Below are positions 50,513 to 60,132 of a stretch of DNA of 64,000 nucleotides, piece by piece. The translations under genes were made by a program, and so were the position numbers. The notes below the pieces were generated by a model that saw nothing but the letters and a program-made list of their open reading frames with translations, was not told the DNA's origin and searched no databases. Within the stretch, counting starts at the first letter, position 1. Each line of letters starts with the position of its first letter. Source of the DNA: a virus (taxonomy: Duplodnaviria; Caudoviricetes); the IMG/VR virus record IMGVR_UViG_2654587976_000001, positions 32,001 to 96,000 of that record; one strand, written 5' to 3'.

Positions 50513-51325
50513 TTAGACTCTCCAGGATTCAAAGGAAGGTATGCGGAGTTTACCATGCTTAGTCTTAAATCTGTGCTTAACCTTACATAAGATAGGTTCT
50601 ACAAATACATATTCGTCAGTTTCAGACTTTACATGTTTCATAGAGTGAAACTTGCTTCGTTCCGCATTCGGCATGAATTCCATAAATCCAGCTGCAGTAC
50701 CATCAGGATAAGACAGAAGAAATTTTATATCCTCTTTGGTGTAGCCAGTGATAAGCACATCTGTGTAATCATAATTAATCACTTTCAGCCAGCTGTGGGA
50801 ACGTTTATTGATTTCATAAGGGGAGTTAGCTTTCTTTAGTACGATTCCTTCAAGATGCTTTTCTTTGGCCAGATTGAAGTAAGTTAATCCGTTTCCTTGC
50901 AGGCCTTCGATCACAAAGATATTATCGTGGTCAAGGTTTAGGTCTGAAAGCATGCTCTTACGTTCAGTGAGCGGCTTATTAGCGATTGAATGTCCATCAA
51001 TATAAACTACATCGAATACACAGTAAACCACCTTATGAGCTGATTTCTTAGACATAAAGCGTTCCATGACTGCTTCGAAATCAGGGGCACCGCCTGGGGC
51101 AGCTACAATGATTTCACCGTCTAAAACAGTTCCATTGGGTATATTAAGATCCAACAGTTCTGGGAACTTGCTTGTTACTTCATTGTTGTGACGAGTATAA
51201 AGCTTTATCTGATCATTAAACTTGGAGAGGATTAGTCTAATTCCATCAAACTTCAGCTCGGTAATATAATCATCGTCATCAAATGGTTCTTTAATTGAAT
51301 GCAATAACATTGGCGATACAAACAA
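50513..51325 (-). CDS. ligB: ATP-dependent DNA ligase (LigB/YoqV)
   Basis: ELKFDGIR (motif I), LDGEII, VFD, EGIVLK and WLK motifs. Confidence 0.92.
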   Translation of the reverse strand: MFVSPMLLHSIKEPFDDDDYITELKFDGIRLILSKFNDQIKLYTRHNNEVTSKFPELLDLNIPNGTVLDGEIIVAAPGGAPDFEAVMERFMSKKSAHKVVYCVFDVVYIDGHSIANKPLTERKSMLSDLNLDHDNIFVIEGLQGNGLTYFNLAKEKHLEGIVLKKANSPYEINKRSHSWLKVINYDYTDVLITGYTKEDIKFLLSYPDGTAAGFMEFMPNAERSKFHSMKHVKSETDEYVFVEPILCKVKHRFKTKHGKLRIPSFESWRV

Positions 51326-51394
51326 AATATCACCTCCTACTTAGAACATAATAGCTAAGCGAAGGTGATATATAAAGCAAAATGACTGTGGTAC

Positions 51395-52069
51395 TTAATG
51401 GGATTCAATCAGTTCCGGTGAGTTGTTTTTAGGCGAGTTAACTAAGGATGAAACTTGATAAGCTTCCATGTCATCAGCATCATACGGAAGCAGTAAGCTT
51501 TGAAGATAATCAGGATCGGTGTTTTTGGGGTTTAGCCATTCCTTTTCGTTCTTGTCAGTAAGAATGACCGGCATCCGATCATGGATGTCCTCCATCAACT
51601 CATTGGGTTTTGTAGTAATGATTGTGCAGGTATATAGCGGATTGCCTTCTGGCGTATTCCACTTTTCATATAAGCCGGCAAATGCAAAGAGGTTGGATGA
51701 TTTAAGTTTAATCCTCATAGGAACCTTAGTCTTTGAATCAAGGCGTTTCCATTCATAAAAACTGTCTGCAGGGATAATGCAGCGTTTGCTTGCGAGTGGC
51801 TTTCTAAAGCTTTGTTTCTCGGACAATGTTTCAGCGCGAGCATTGATCATTTTGTATCCGATCTTTTCATCCTTAGACCAGGGAGGAATAAGACCCCATC
51901 TTAGCTTACCCATACGGTTGTTTGACCCATCATTAATGATTGTCAGGATGTTCTGTGAAGGAGCTACATTATAACTTGGATGGTATTCGTCTTCAGACAA
52001 AAATTGATCTATATTGAACTGTTCAATGATGTCGTCAAACTCAGAAAATAAAGTGAACCTGCCACACAT
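51395..52069 (-). CDS. yoqW: SRAP/SOS response-associated peptidase (YoqW)
   Basis: MCGRF N-terminus, YNVAP, INARAET and HDRMP motifs. Confidence 0.92.
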   Translation of the reverse strand: MCGRFTLFSEFDDIIEQFNIDQFLSEDEYHPSYNVAPSQNILTIINDGSNNRMGKLRWGLIPPWSKDEKIGYKMINARAETLSEKQSFRKPLASKRCIIPADSFYEWKRLDSKTKVPMRIKLKSSNLFAFAGLYEKWNTPEGNPLYTCTIITTKPNELMEDIHDRMPVILTDKNEKEWLNPKNTDPDYLQSLLLPYDADDMEAYQVSSLVNSPKNNSPELIESH

Positions 52070-52140
52070 GTTCATCATCCTTTAGGGTTTTTTGAATATT
52101 GTACAGGCTTGATACACGAAAATCAAAAAGGAGGAATGTG

Positions 52141-52359
52141 ATGCAACGGCAAACAGTTGAGGTAAAAGAAGTTGAAGTGTTGATTAGAGGTATATGGACA
52201 AAGAAGAAGTTCACGGATATCCAAAAGGGGCAAACCTTTAAAATTGAGGAAAATGGGAAAACAACAAAATACATAGCAAGAACAGAACCCTATTGGGATG
52301 ACATGTATGAGACTTACATAATTGATTTATTAGATAAAAATAAAATAAGTGTAGGGTGA
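52141..52359 (+). CDS. Hypothetical protein (yoqX position)
   Basis: ATG behind AAGGAGG (track start 52099). Confidence 0.55.
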   Translation: MQRQTVEVKEVEVLIRGIWTKKKFTDIQKGQTFKIEENGKTTKYIARTEPYWDDMYETYIIDLLDKNKISVG

Positions 52360-52685
52360 TATTTATGAATTTATTGAGAGATGCGCGGATATTAAGAATA
52401 GAACTTCTTCTTGGAGCTTTAGCGTTAGTAGGTATGAACTTGTTTGTATATTTTCTATTCGGTGGTTTAACAGCCATAGACAATCAGAGGATGATAACAC
52501 GAAGAATTGGAATGTTTGTTGTAAGTATTGGAATACCATGTTCTTTTATTCTAAAGTACTTGATCGTTTGGAGACCGTTAATCCGTAAGGCAATGGAAGA
52601 GTTAAAGGAAGAAGATCAGAATGAACGTACACTCAAGAAATATGAATTTCTAAGAAAGAAATTTGATAAAACAGAGATTTTATAA
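52356..52685 (+). CDS. Membrane protein
   Basis: Two TM segments, ends inside the site at 52661. Confidence 0.55.
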   Translation: MIFMNLLRDARILRIELLLGALALVGMNLFVYFLFGGLTAIDNQRMITRRIGMFVVSIGIPCSFILKYLIVWRPLIRKAMEELKEEDQNERTLKKYEFLRKKFDKTEIL

Positions 52686-52688
52686 AGA
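52661..52688 (+). repeat. 28-bp 11-6-11 junction site
   Basis: ATTTGA TAAAA CAGAGA TTTTA TAAAGA. Confidence 0.6.
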
Positions 52689-52718
52689 TAAAAGCAAATT
52701 GATTATGGAGGTAGCAGA

Positions 52719-52865
52719 ATGAGATACAAAGCGAAAGTGAAAGCGGTAGCCGAAATGGAAGTATGGGTACATGAAGATGCCGCGGGGAATATCGAAATAG
52801 AATACGTTGAATATGTGGATGACATAGAGGATTTTGAAAATGTTAGACCAATGGACGGGAGGTAA
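52719..52865 (+). CDS. Small acidic protein (48 aa)
   Basis: ATG behind GGAGGT. Confidence 0.5.
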   Translation: MRYKAKVKAVAEMEVWVHEDAAGNIEIEYVEYVDDIEDFENVRPMDGR

Positions 52866-52870
52866 GGGGA

Positions 52871-53341
52871 ATGAGGGAAATTAAGTTCAGAGGAATGGGT
52901 ATTAACGGTGAATGGTATTACGGCAATATATCAATCATCAAACAAAGAATCAAGAGCATGGGCATTGATCCTGGTTCTTATATCTCTAATAAAGCTGGTG
53001 TTCCATTTGCTTACAAAGTGAGGCCGGAAACAGTTGGGCAATTCACCGGATTGAAGGATAAGAACGGCCGGGATATTTATGAAGGGGATATACTTCGTGT
53101 ATGGGAAGAGAATGAACATGTTCCAAATCGTGATAGTGGTGGCGGCATTATCGACTTTGACAAAATCGAAGGGTTTTCACAGTTAGGAGTAGTCGACTTC
53201 AAGAGTGCTTGGTTTACTTATGAAACTAAAAAACATCAAAAAGAACGAGAAGAAGATATCTTTGCACCATTAGATTTTACTAATAACTATGAAGTCACTG
53301 GGAACATCTATGAAGATTCAGAGCTTATAAAATCTAAATAA
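52871..53341 (+). CDS. YopX family protein
   Basis: MREIKFRG...VRPETVGQFTGLKDKNGRDIYEGDI...EVTGNIYE. Confidence 0.85.
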   Translation: MREIKFRGMGINGEWYYGNISIIKQRIKSMGIDPGSYISNKAGVPFAYKVRPETVGQFTGLKDKNGRDIYEGDILRVWEENEHVPNRDSGGGIIDFDKIEGFSQLGVVDFKSAWFTYETKKHQKEREEDIFAPLDFTNNYEVTGNIYEDSELIKSK

Positions 53342-53360
53342 AAACGATATTTTACAGAAA
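53333..53360 (+). repeat. 28-bp 11-6-11 junction site containing a stop codon
   Basis: TCTAAA TAAAA ACGATA TTTTA CAGAAA. Confidence 0.7.
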
Positions 53361-53374
53361 GAGGAGGAGTGAAA

Positions 53375-53518
53375 ATGTTTACCTGCTTCTGCAACGAATG
53401 TAAAAAAGTAATCGAAAAAGATGAAGTTGATTATGAGGTTGATTTGGTAGAAGGGTCTTGGGAAGGAGATTGGGAACACGTGCATTTAGAATGCGGTAGT
53501 ATTGTGTCTTGGATTTAA
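53375..53518 (+). CDS. Small Zn-binding protein (47 aa)
   Basis: GAGGAGG RBS, CNEC...H..C, sole content between sites 53333 and 53527. Confidence 0.6.
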   Translation: MFTCFCNECKKVIEKDEVDYEVDLVEGSWEGDWEHVHLECGSIVSWI

Positions 53519-53526
53519 CTTGTATG

Positions 53527-53554
53527 TCTAAATAATAGTGATTTTTTATTTAAG
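53527..53554 (+). repeat. 28-bp 11-6-11 junction site
   Basis: TCTAAA TAATA GTGATT TTTTA TTTAAG. Confidence 0.6.
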
Positions 53555-53630
53555 GGGGTGATAACAATGTGAGTTACCAATGTGTTTGAGTTTTAAGAAT
53601 AAAACAAAAATAAAAAGGAGTGGTTATTAA

Positions 53631-54455
53631 TTGTTAAGGATTAAAAACAGAATAGAGGATTTGTTAAAAAAGATTGAAGAGGCAGAGAGGGTCAGCTTTG
53701 GGCGGCGTCCCCAACTCTGCATGCATCGTATCACTACGAAGCTATTAAAGTATATCACAGGTAAGAAGGCTTTTCCAGTCTTGGTGGCTGCTCTGGTTTC
53801 ATTCCTGAATCCAGTGAGTATTTTAGCAGCGGACAAGTATCGGAACTTTGAAGAGCTTAAAGCGAATGAATCACCGTTCAATTTTAGCGTGTTCTCAAAA
53901 GAGCAAGACACTGGTGTATTAATTCTTGCTCCCCATGGAGGTGGCATAGAAGGGGGAACAAGCGAGCTTGCAAAGGAATTAAGCGAAACATACTCTACAT
54001 ATCTTTTTGAAGCTTTAAAGACACCAGGAGCATTTGATTTACATTTAACCAGTACGAATTTTGATGAACCACAAGCACTTGAAATGTTGAAGGGACATGA
54101 GTTCACACTGTCACTTCATGGCTACGCAAGTAATGAGGAACATGTTTTAGTTGGCGGCACAGATCGAGACAAAGCTGAAGCGATAACAAGTACATTGAAT
54201 GATGCCGGCTACTCTGCGGAGCTTCTTGATGAAGGGACAAGGTTATCTGGTAGTAGCCCAAATAATGTTGCCAATAAAAATAAAACAGGAAAGAGCATTC
54301 AACTAGAATTGAGCACTGGATTGCGTAAATCAATGTTTAACACCTTTTCTCTAAAAGGACGCTCAGGCACAAGAAATGAGACCTTTTATAACTTCATTGA
54401 CACTCTATCAGGGTTTCTCAATGAAAATGTAGAAGGGAAGGGTTTGACAGCATGA
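53631..54455 (+). CDS. yoqZ: Poly-gamma-glutamate hydrolase (YoqZ/PghZ, DUF867)
   Basis: APHGGGIEGGTSE, HLTST.FDEP, SLHG and QLELS motifs. Confidence 0.88.
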   Translation: MLRIKNRIEDLLKKIEEAERVSFGRRPQLCMHRITTKLLKYITGKKAFPVLVAALVSFLNPVSILAADKYRNFEELKANESPFNFSVFSKEQDTGVLILAPHGGGIEGGTSELAKELSETYSTYLFEALKTPGAFDLHLTSTNFDEPQALEMLKGHEFTLSLHGYASNEEHVLVGGTDRDKAEAITSTLNDAGYSAELLDEGTRLSGSSPNNVANKNKTGKSIQLELSTGLRKSMFNTFSLKGRSGTRNETFYNFIDTLSGFLNENVEGKGLTA

Positions 54456-56200
54456 ATATGCAGCAGCCCTTATACTATTTTGTTGATGCTCTGGTTTGGG
54501 GAATTGATGATAAAGGGTCAAATGCAATTGAAACAACAGAAGGATTAAACCGGGCTTTAAAGTACGCAAGCTCAAAATCATTCTATAAAGTACATATCCC
54601 AAAAGGTATCTATTTAATTGATGCTGTGAATACGTCAAAGCGGTTGCCTGAATTTGGAGGAGGTATTAATGTACCGTCAAATATTGAGTTGATACTGCAT
54701 CCAGAGGCTATTTTTAAAGTGCAGCCAAATGATTCTCAAGGTTACTCCTGTTTTTATATCGGCCAAGCAAGTAACGTTACGATTCGTGGTGGTCAAATTA
54801 TTGGAGATCGATATGAACATGATTACTCTAAAATCAATGCAATTCAAAGGACTCATGAATGGGGATACGGCATACATGTTCATGGTAGTAGCAATGTGTT
54901 AATTGACGGCGTGAGTGTCTCTGATTGTATTGGAGATAACATTTGGATAGCAGCGGAAGGAATGATGAACACTTCAGGAACATATACGCCCTCAAAGAAT
55001 GCAACCGTTCGAAAGTGTACGCTTTTAAGAGGGAGAAGAAATAACCTGGCTACCAATGGCTGTGAAGGTCTTCTTGTCGATGACTGTGATATAGAGGAGG
55101 CTGGTGGAGATACAATTGGGCCACAATTAGGAATTGATTTAGAGGGCTTTGGAGAAAACGGAATTAAATACGATCACCCATATAAATTAACTGTTCGAAA
55201 CTGCAGGTTTAAAAATAATGGACGTGGATCCGTTACAGCTCACACAAGCGGCAAGGTAATTATTGAAGGAAACTACAGCGACCATGTTATTTCCTATGGA
55301 TATAGCACGGATGTCAGTATCAAAAATAACAAGATCATCAATGAAAAGGAAATTAAGACATATGGGATTGACTCGGTAGGTGTTTCAAGTACTGAGTCTG
55401 GAAACAGAGTTCAAATTGATGGCAATACGATCAGTGGCTTTGAAGTGGGTATTTGTGTAAGAGGAAAGGGTGGCACAGTATCAAATAACACTTTTGAAAA
55501 AATAAAAGCATGCCCTATTGCAACACATCAAGCAGAGGACTTTTTAATTACGGACAACAGGATAGAAAACAGTGATTGTGTTCAAGTCCAGGTTAGAAAC
55601 TCAAATGATATTAAGGTTGTGAATACCAAAGGAAAAGGAACGAGCTCATCATATGCTGCAAAGATAATGGACTCTACCCGAATCAGTCTCGTTAATAATG
55701 AGTTTGCTAATGTATATGGAGGAATTTATTGCGAAAGGTCTCAGTCAGTTCGTTTAAAGGGAAATGACTTGTTGTTAAGTGGAAGTGGAAGTGGGTACGG
55801 CATCTTTTGGGATAAAGACTCTTCTGTCTCACTACATCGAAATGAAATTCATGAGCCTAGGAATGTTGCAATTAAAGGCACCCCTGAGAAATACAGTTGC
55901 CAGATTAGTGAGAATCAGATTTATTTCTGTAAATCATTGATCGCTATCCAACTAACTGGGGGTTCAGAACACATGTTAAAGGATAATGAGATTATGTTTA
56001 ATCGTTCAGCAGATCAAGGATATGGCGTTTATTTGGAGAATACAAACAAGGTACGTCTCGTAAGGAACGATGTTTATGTAATTGGTGGACGGTTGCTATC
56101 CCATCCTTTTTACACAGAAAAAGCAAAGAATACAACCTTAGTTCAGAATACATACAATAGTGGAACGCTGAAGACTGCAGAAGGAGATATTGTAGTCTAA
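54452..56200 (+). CDS. yorA: Right-handed parallel beta-helix protein (YorA-like, pectate-lyase fold)
   Basis: IPKGIYLI, GDR..H, EWGYGI and GIDLE motifs plus many PbH1-type repeats. Confidence 0.75.
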   Translation: MNMQQPLYYFVDALVWGIDDKGSNAIETTEGLNRALKYASSKSFYKVHIPKGIYLIDAVNTSKRLPEFGGGINVPSNIELILHPEAIFKVQPNDSQGYSCFYIGQASNVTIRGGQIIGDRYEHDYSKINAIQRTHEWGYGIHVHGSSNVLIDGVSVSDCIGDNIWIAAEGMMNTSGTYTPSKNATVRKCTLLRGRRNNLATNGCEGLLVDDCDIEEAGGDTIGPQLGIDLEGFGENGIKYDHPYKLTVRNCRFKNNGRGSVTAHTSGKVIIEGNYSDHVISYGYSTDVSIKNNKIINEKEIKTYGIDSVGVSSTESGNRVQIDGNTISGFEVGICVRGKGGTVSNNTFEKIKACPIATHQAEDFLITDNRIENSDCVQVQVRNSNDIKVVNTKGKGTSSSYAAKIMDSTRISLVNNEFANVYGGIYCERSQSVRLKGNDLLLSGSGSGYGIFWDKDSSVSLHRNEIHEPRNVAIKGTPEKYSCQISENQIYFCKSLIAIQLTGGSEHMLKDNEIMFNRSADQGYGVYLENTNKVRLVRNDVYVIGGRLLSHPFYTEKAKNTTLVQNTYNSGTLKTAEGDIVV

Positions 56201-56223
56201 ATAAAACTGTAGTTTTAACAAGA
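56196..56223 (+). repeat. 28-bp 11-6-11 junction site
   Basis: TCTAAA TAAAA CTGTAG TTTTA ACAAGA. Confidence 0.7.
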
Positions 56224-56238
56224 TTAGGAGATGGATAT

Positions 56239-56616
56239 ATGACCAATATTTTAAGCAAAGAACAAGATGAAGCAATTCGGTATTTCAAGAACAAACTGAG
56301 CTTATCTGAAAAACTGTACATATCCCTGATTAATTTTAACCTACTTAGAGATAAACACGAAGACTTTGGTAATAGACTATATGAGCTTTATAAGACAGAT
56401 CCTTATCTATATATTAGAGCGCTAAAAGAAGGCTATGTAGTTGATCATCCAATTGAATTTAATGAAGCAATTGTGCGGTTCTATGATGGTGAAGAACTTG
56501 CTGTGATCCATAAGACTACTGGGAAGAGATACAATGTGAATGTTAAAATGAAAAAGCTTCCTGATGGGTTTACGCTGCAGACAATGAATATGTGGTCATG
56601 GAGTGAGGTTGTTTAA
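56239..56616 (+). CDS. Hypothetical protein (yorC position)
   Basis: 125 aa, AGGAG RBS. Confidence 0.6.
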   Translation: MTNILSKEQDEAIRYFKNKLSLSEKLYISLINFNLLRDKHEDFGNRLYELYKTDPYLYIRALKEGYVVDHPIEFNEAIVRFYDGEELAVIHKTTGKRYNVNVKMKKLPDGFTLQTMNMWSWSEVV

Positions 56617-57228
56617 ATAAATTGGAGACCCCTTAAAAAGGGTCTCTTTGACTGTAACATGAGGGCTGTGAACCTAAATCTAAAAAGAAAGAATTCACTT
56701 TTACAAACCAACATCCACGTTGGCCTAAGTGGGTACTATAAAGCTTTAATCCAGAAATACAAATAACAAGAAGGATTATTATAATTGCCCATAGCACCAC
56801 ATTGCGTCGCAACAATTTAATCACATCATTACACTCCTCTCTCGTTTCTCCACCCCAACCGGTCTATAAAAGACATCCCAGCGAGAGAACTCAGAGAGTG
56901 AGCTCATAATAATAAACTTTTACCTATTTAAATATTTCTATGCAGTATAAAGTAAAATGTTTTTTCATGTTTATCCCCCCTTTCCTGTGAAATATATAAA
57001 GTAACTCTTATTCCCAAACCTTTTGCCACTCTCTACTGGAAAATGGAATGAGTGAAAACTGTTGCTATTAAATAATCACATAGAAGGATAAATTTAGCAA
57101 GAAGATGGTTTGATATTTTAGCAACCGTTTATGTGAAAACTTTTAGGAATAAAAATAAAATAGTTATTGACTGTTGCGTTTTGGTGATGTAAGATTAAGT
57201 TATCCCAAAGAGAGAAAGGAGGAAAGAG

Positions 57229-57603
57229 ATGAAAAAGGAATTAAAGATACTGAAAGTATCTGCCGAAGCCTTACATACCTACAAAAATGATGTCAAAAGG
57301 AATTACGACATTGACGAAGACCAAGCAAGAAGAAAATTAACCAGGAATGTGATGTTGGTAAAGGAATTTAAACCAAGAGGAATTAAAAGAGGTCTTTTTT
57401 CTAAAACATATTCATACGGAAACTTAAAGATCACAATCCGGCATGGAACAGTAATAAGGATTGAAAATGTAAAAGGTGATCCTGAACCTTGGAACTTTCC
57501 AAAAAAGAGATACATAGAATTAAACAAGCTACTTGGTATCAAGGATTGTAAGTTTAGTAGCAAGTCTTATTATAGGCATTTTAAGAATAAAAATAAAATA
57601 TAA
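57229..57603 (+). CDS. yorE: YorE-like protein, first gene of the replication operon
   Basis: Behind a TTGACT..TAAGAT promoter and AAAGGAGG RBS. Confidence 0.65.
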   Translation: MKKELKILKVSAEALHTYKNDVKRNYDIDEDQARRKLTRNVMLVKEFKPRGIKRGLFSKTYSYGNLKITIRHGTVIRIENVKGDPEPWNFPKKRYIELNKLLGIKDCKFSSKSYYRHFKNKNKI

Positions 57604-57630
57604 ATAAAAAGAAAGAGGTTGATTATTTAA

Positions 57631-58545
57631 ATGGCAGAAAATAAAACAGTATTACGTGAAGCATCAAATGTTGTAACTATTGAGGGGACACTTGCTGAGG
57701 TAAGACACACTGAGTGGAAAAGCGGCAAGGGGTTAAATATTGAATTAGACATTGAGGTTGCGCCAAATGAAGTACATACAGTGAAGGGCTTTTCAAAATA
57801 TAAGAAAGCTGATGGGACAGATAATGCTATTGCCAAAGGTTATCAAACCATTATCAGTGATTATAAGTCCATTGCAGAACACGGGAGAGATCAAGCTGAT
57901 AAAGTGAGAATTACCCAAGGAAAGATTGGATTAAACGAATATTACTCACAAGGGATTTTAAAGGCGTATCCACAGTTAACGACTAACTTTGTAAATAGAC
58001 TGGACGCCAATGAAGAATTCAATCCAAGAGCAGAATTTGATGTTGAGCTGTTTGTAAAGAATGTAATCGAAGAAAAAGTAAAAGGTGAAGAAACGGGCAG
58101 AGTTAATTTAAATGGTTATATTCCTTTATATGGTGGGAAAGTAATTCCGTTTGAATTTGTAGTCACAAAAGAAGGGTCTCATTACGTTGAAAATAATTAT
58201 GAAAAAGGGTCTACGGTTAACGTTTTTGGGAAGATTATTAACTTTAAAGAGCAAAAAGTAACGACCAAAACAGCAGCATTTGGCGAAGACAAGAAAGAAA
58301 TCACTATCAATTCGAAAAGAGAGTACCTAATTACAGGTGGCAATGATCCATATGACGAGGATAGCAAGAATGCTTTTAATGCAGATGCAATTAAAAAAGC
58401 GCTGACTGAAAGAGAGATTTACCTAGATGAGCTTAAGAATGAAAGTGGCAATGAGAATAATAAAAAGTCTGGGTTTGGCGGAAGCGCTCCTAATAACAAG
58501 CCTTCAAAGCCGGTTGAAATTTCAGATGATGACCTACCTTTTTAA
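57631..58545 (+). CDS. yorF: SSB-like protein (YorF)
   Basis: Acidic C-terminal tail ending DDDLPF, OB-fold-like body. Confidence 0.75.
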   Translation: MAENKTVLREASNVVTIEGTLAEVRHTEWKSGKGLNIELDIEVAPNEVHTVKGFSKYKKADGTDNAIAKGYQTIISDYKSIAEHGRDQADKVRITQGKIGLNEYYSQGILKAYPQLTTNFVNRLDANEEFNPRAEFDVELFVKNVIEEKVKGEETGRVNLNGYIPLYGGKVIPFEFVVTKEGSHYVENNYEKGSTVNVFGKIINFKEQKVTTKTAAFGEDKKEITINSKREYLITGGNDPYDEDSKNAFNADAIKKALTEREIYLDELKNESGNENNKKSGFGGSAPNNKPSKPVEISDDDLPF

Positions 58546-58633
58546 TGGATAAAAATAAAATAATTTAACTGAAAATACATAACTGGGGTGGGCTTTGACT
58601 AACCCATCAAATCAAAATTAAAGGAGAGTTTAA

Positions 58634-59605
58634 ATGACAATCGATATTTTCAACCCTCAAATTTCAGTGGTAGCACAAGGACTTGAAGGAAAAAAAATAC
58701 TTATTTACGGCAGTAACAACTTAGGAAAAACATATCAAGCTTCAAGAATGGAGAAGCCTTACTTCATCGCTTTTGAAAAAGGATTGGCAGCGAGAGATGG
58801 CATTCCGTTTTATCCAATTAATCGATGGTCTGATTTTTCAAAAATTGTACGACAATTTGAGAAAAATGCAGAAAAAGCAAAAGAAATATATAAAACAATT
58901 GTAATTGATGGTGCAGATATTATGGCAAGATATTGCTCTAAATATATTTGTGATACATACGGTGTAAACAGACTAAAAGAAGGTAACAGTGGGTATGGAT
59001 TGTGGTCTGAATATGAAACTGAATTATGGGAACAAATCGATAAACTTATATCACTTGATTTTACAATCGTGTTTATCACTCATGAAACTGAAGATGAAAA
59101 TGGAAAGATACAGCCAAAAGGCGATAAGAGGTTGATGCCAACCATTCGTGATAACTGTGAATTCACTATTTATCTTAAGTCGAATGGAGTAGATGAGAAT
59201 GGCACTGTAATTAAGTCAAGCGCATACCTTGCTGAAACTGATGAATTTTTCGCTCGATCAAAATTTGACTATGTGCCAACCTTTATTGAGGAGTTTACAG
59301 CGGAAAACCTTACAAAGGCTATTGTTGATGGGATTGTTAAACAAGGAGAAATGGAAGGCATTAAACTGGTAACTGAAGAAGAGAAAAAAGAAGTGTATTC
59401 CATTGGGGAAAATAATTATGAAACGCTTATGGCTGAGATTAAGGAAGTCGGGATTCGCCTAAATGAAAAAGGCAAACTAGAGGAATTAAATGAAATAGTT
59501 GAAAAGCACTTAGGTAAAAATGCAAAAGTAACTGAATGCACTAAGAAACAAGTTGATGTAATGTCAGTTATTTTAGATGATCTTAAAGATCTTCTTGAGG
59601 ATTAA
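58634..59605 (+). CDS. yorG: AAA_24/Sak4-like ATPase (YorG)
   Basis: IYGSNNLGKT, EKG, IVIDG and FITHE motifs. Confidence 0.75.
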   Translation: MTIDIFNPQISVVAQGLEGKKILIYGSNNLGKTYQASRMEKPYFIAFEKGLAARDGIPFYPINRWSDFSKIVRQFEKNAEKAKEIYKTIVIDGADIMARYCSKYICDTYGVNRLKEGNSGYGLWSEYETELWEQIDKLISLDFTIVFITHETEDENGKIQPKGDKRLMPTIRDNCEFTIYLKSNGVDENGTVIKSSAYLAETDEFFARSKFDYVPTFIEEFTAENLTKAIVDGIVKQGEMEGIKLVTEEEKKEVYSIGENNYETLMAEIKEVGIRLNEKGKLEELNEIVEKHLGKNAKVTECTKKQVDVMSVILDDLKDLLED

Positions 59606-59647
59606 AAATGAGGGAGTCATCTCCCTCTCTTTATGAGAGGTGATTAA

Positions 59648-60118
59648 ATGGGTAGGCAGGTAAAGTGTCCCTATTGTGAGACTAAATTAGATAAAGATTT
59701 AGCGTTACCTTATAAAAAAAGATATTACCATGAACAGTGTTTTAGCACGTGGAGACAAGAATCAGACCATCGAAATGAGTTACTTCAATACATATGCAAT
59801 TTATATGGCCTTACATCGCCGACCGGTATGATGTTAAAACAGATCAAAGAGTTTCAAGAGGACTATGGTTATAAGCTAAAAGGAATTGAGCTTGCGCTTA
59901 AGTACTTTTATGAAACACTGGAGAATCACCCAAGAGAAGGTGACGGTATTGGAATCGTCCCTTTTGTATATGACGAGGCCAAGCGACATTACATAAAACA
60001 AAAGGCAATTCAAAAATCAGCTGAAGACCCTAAGAATCACAAAAGAGAAGAAATCACGTTAATTATAAAAAAGGGATTGAGAAAGAAAAGGGGAGTTGTT
60101 GACATCTCAACACTATAG
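59648..60118 (+). CDS. yorH: YorH-like Zn-finger protein
   Basis: CPYC...HEQC, upstream of the helicase. Confidence 0.65.
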   Translation: MGRQVKCPYCETKLDKDLALPYKKRYYHEQCFSTWRQESDHRNELLQYICNLYGLTSPTGMMLKQIKEFQEDYGYKLKGIELALKYFYETLENHPREGDGIGIVPFVYDEAKRHYIKQKAIQKSAEDPKNHKREEITLIIKKGLRKKRGVVDISTL

Positions 60119-60132
60119 GAAGGAGAGTCCAT

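Noticed and set aside
56633-56970. Minus-strand small ORFs between the yorC-position gene and yorE
   Set aside because: Short and interrupted frames, possibly remnants, not supportable as genes
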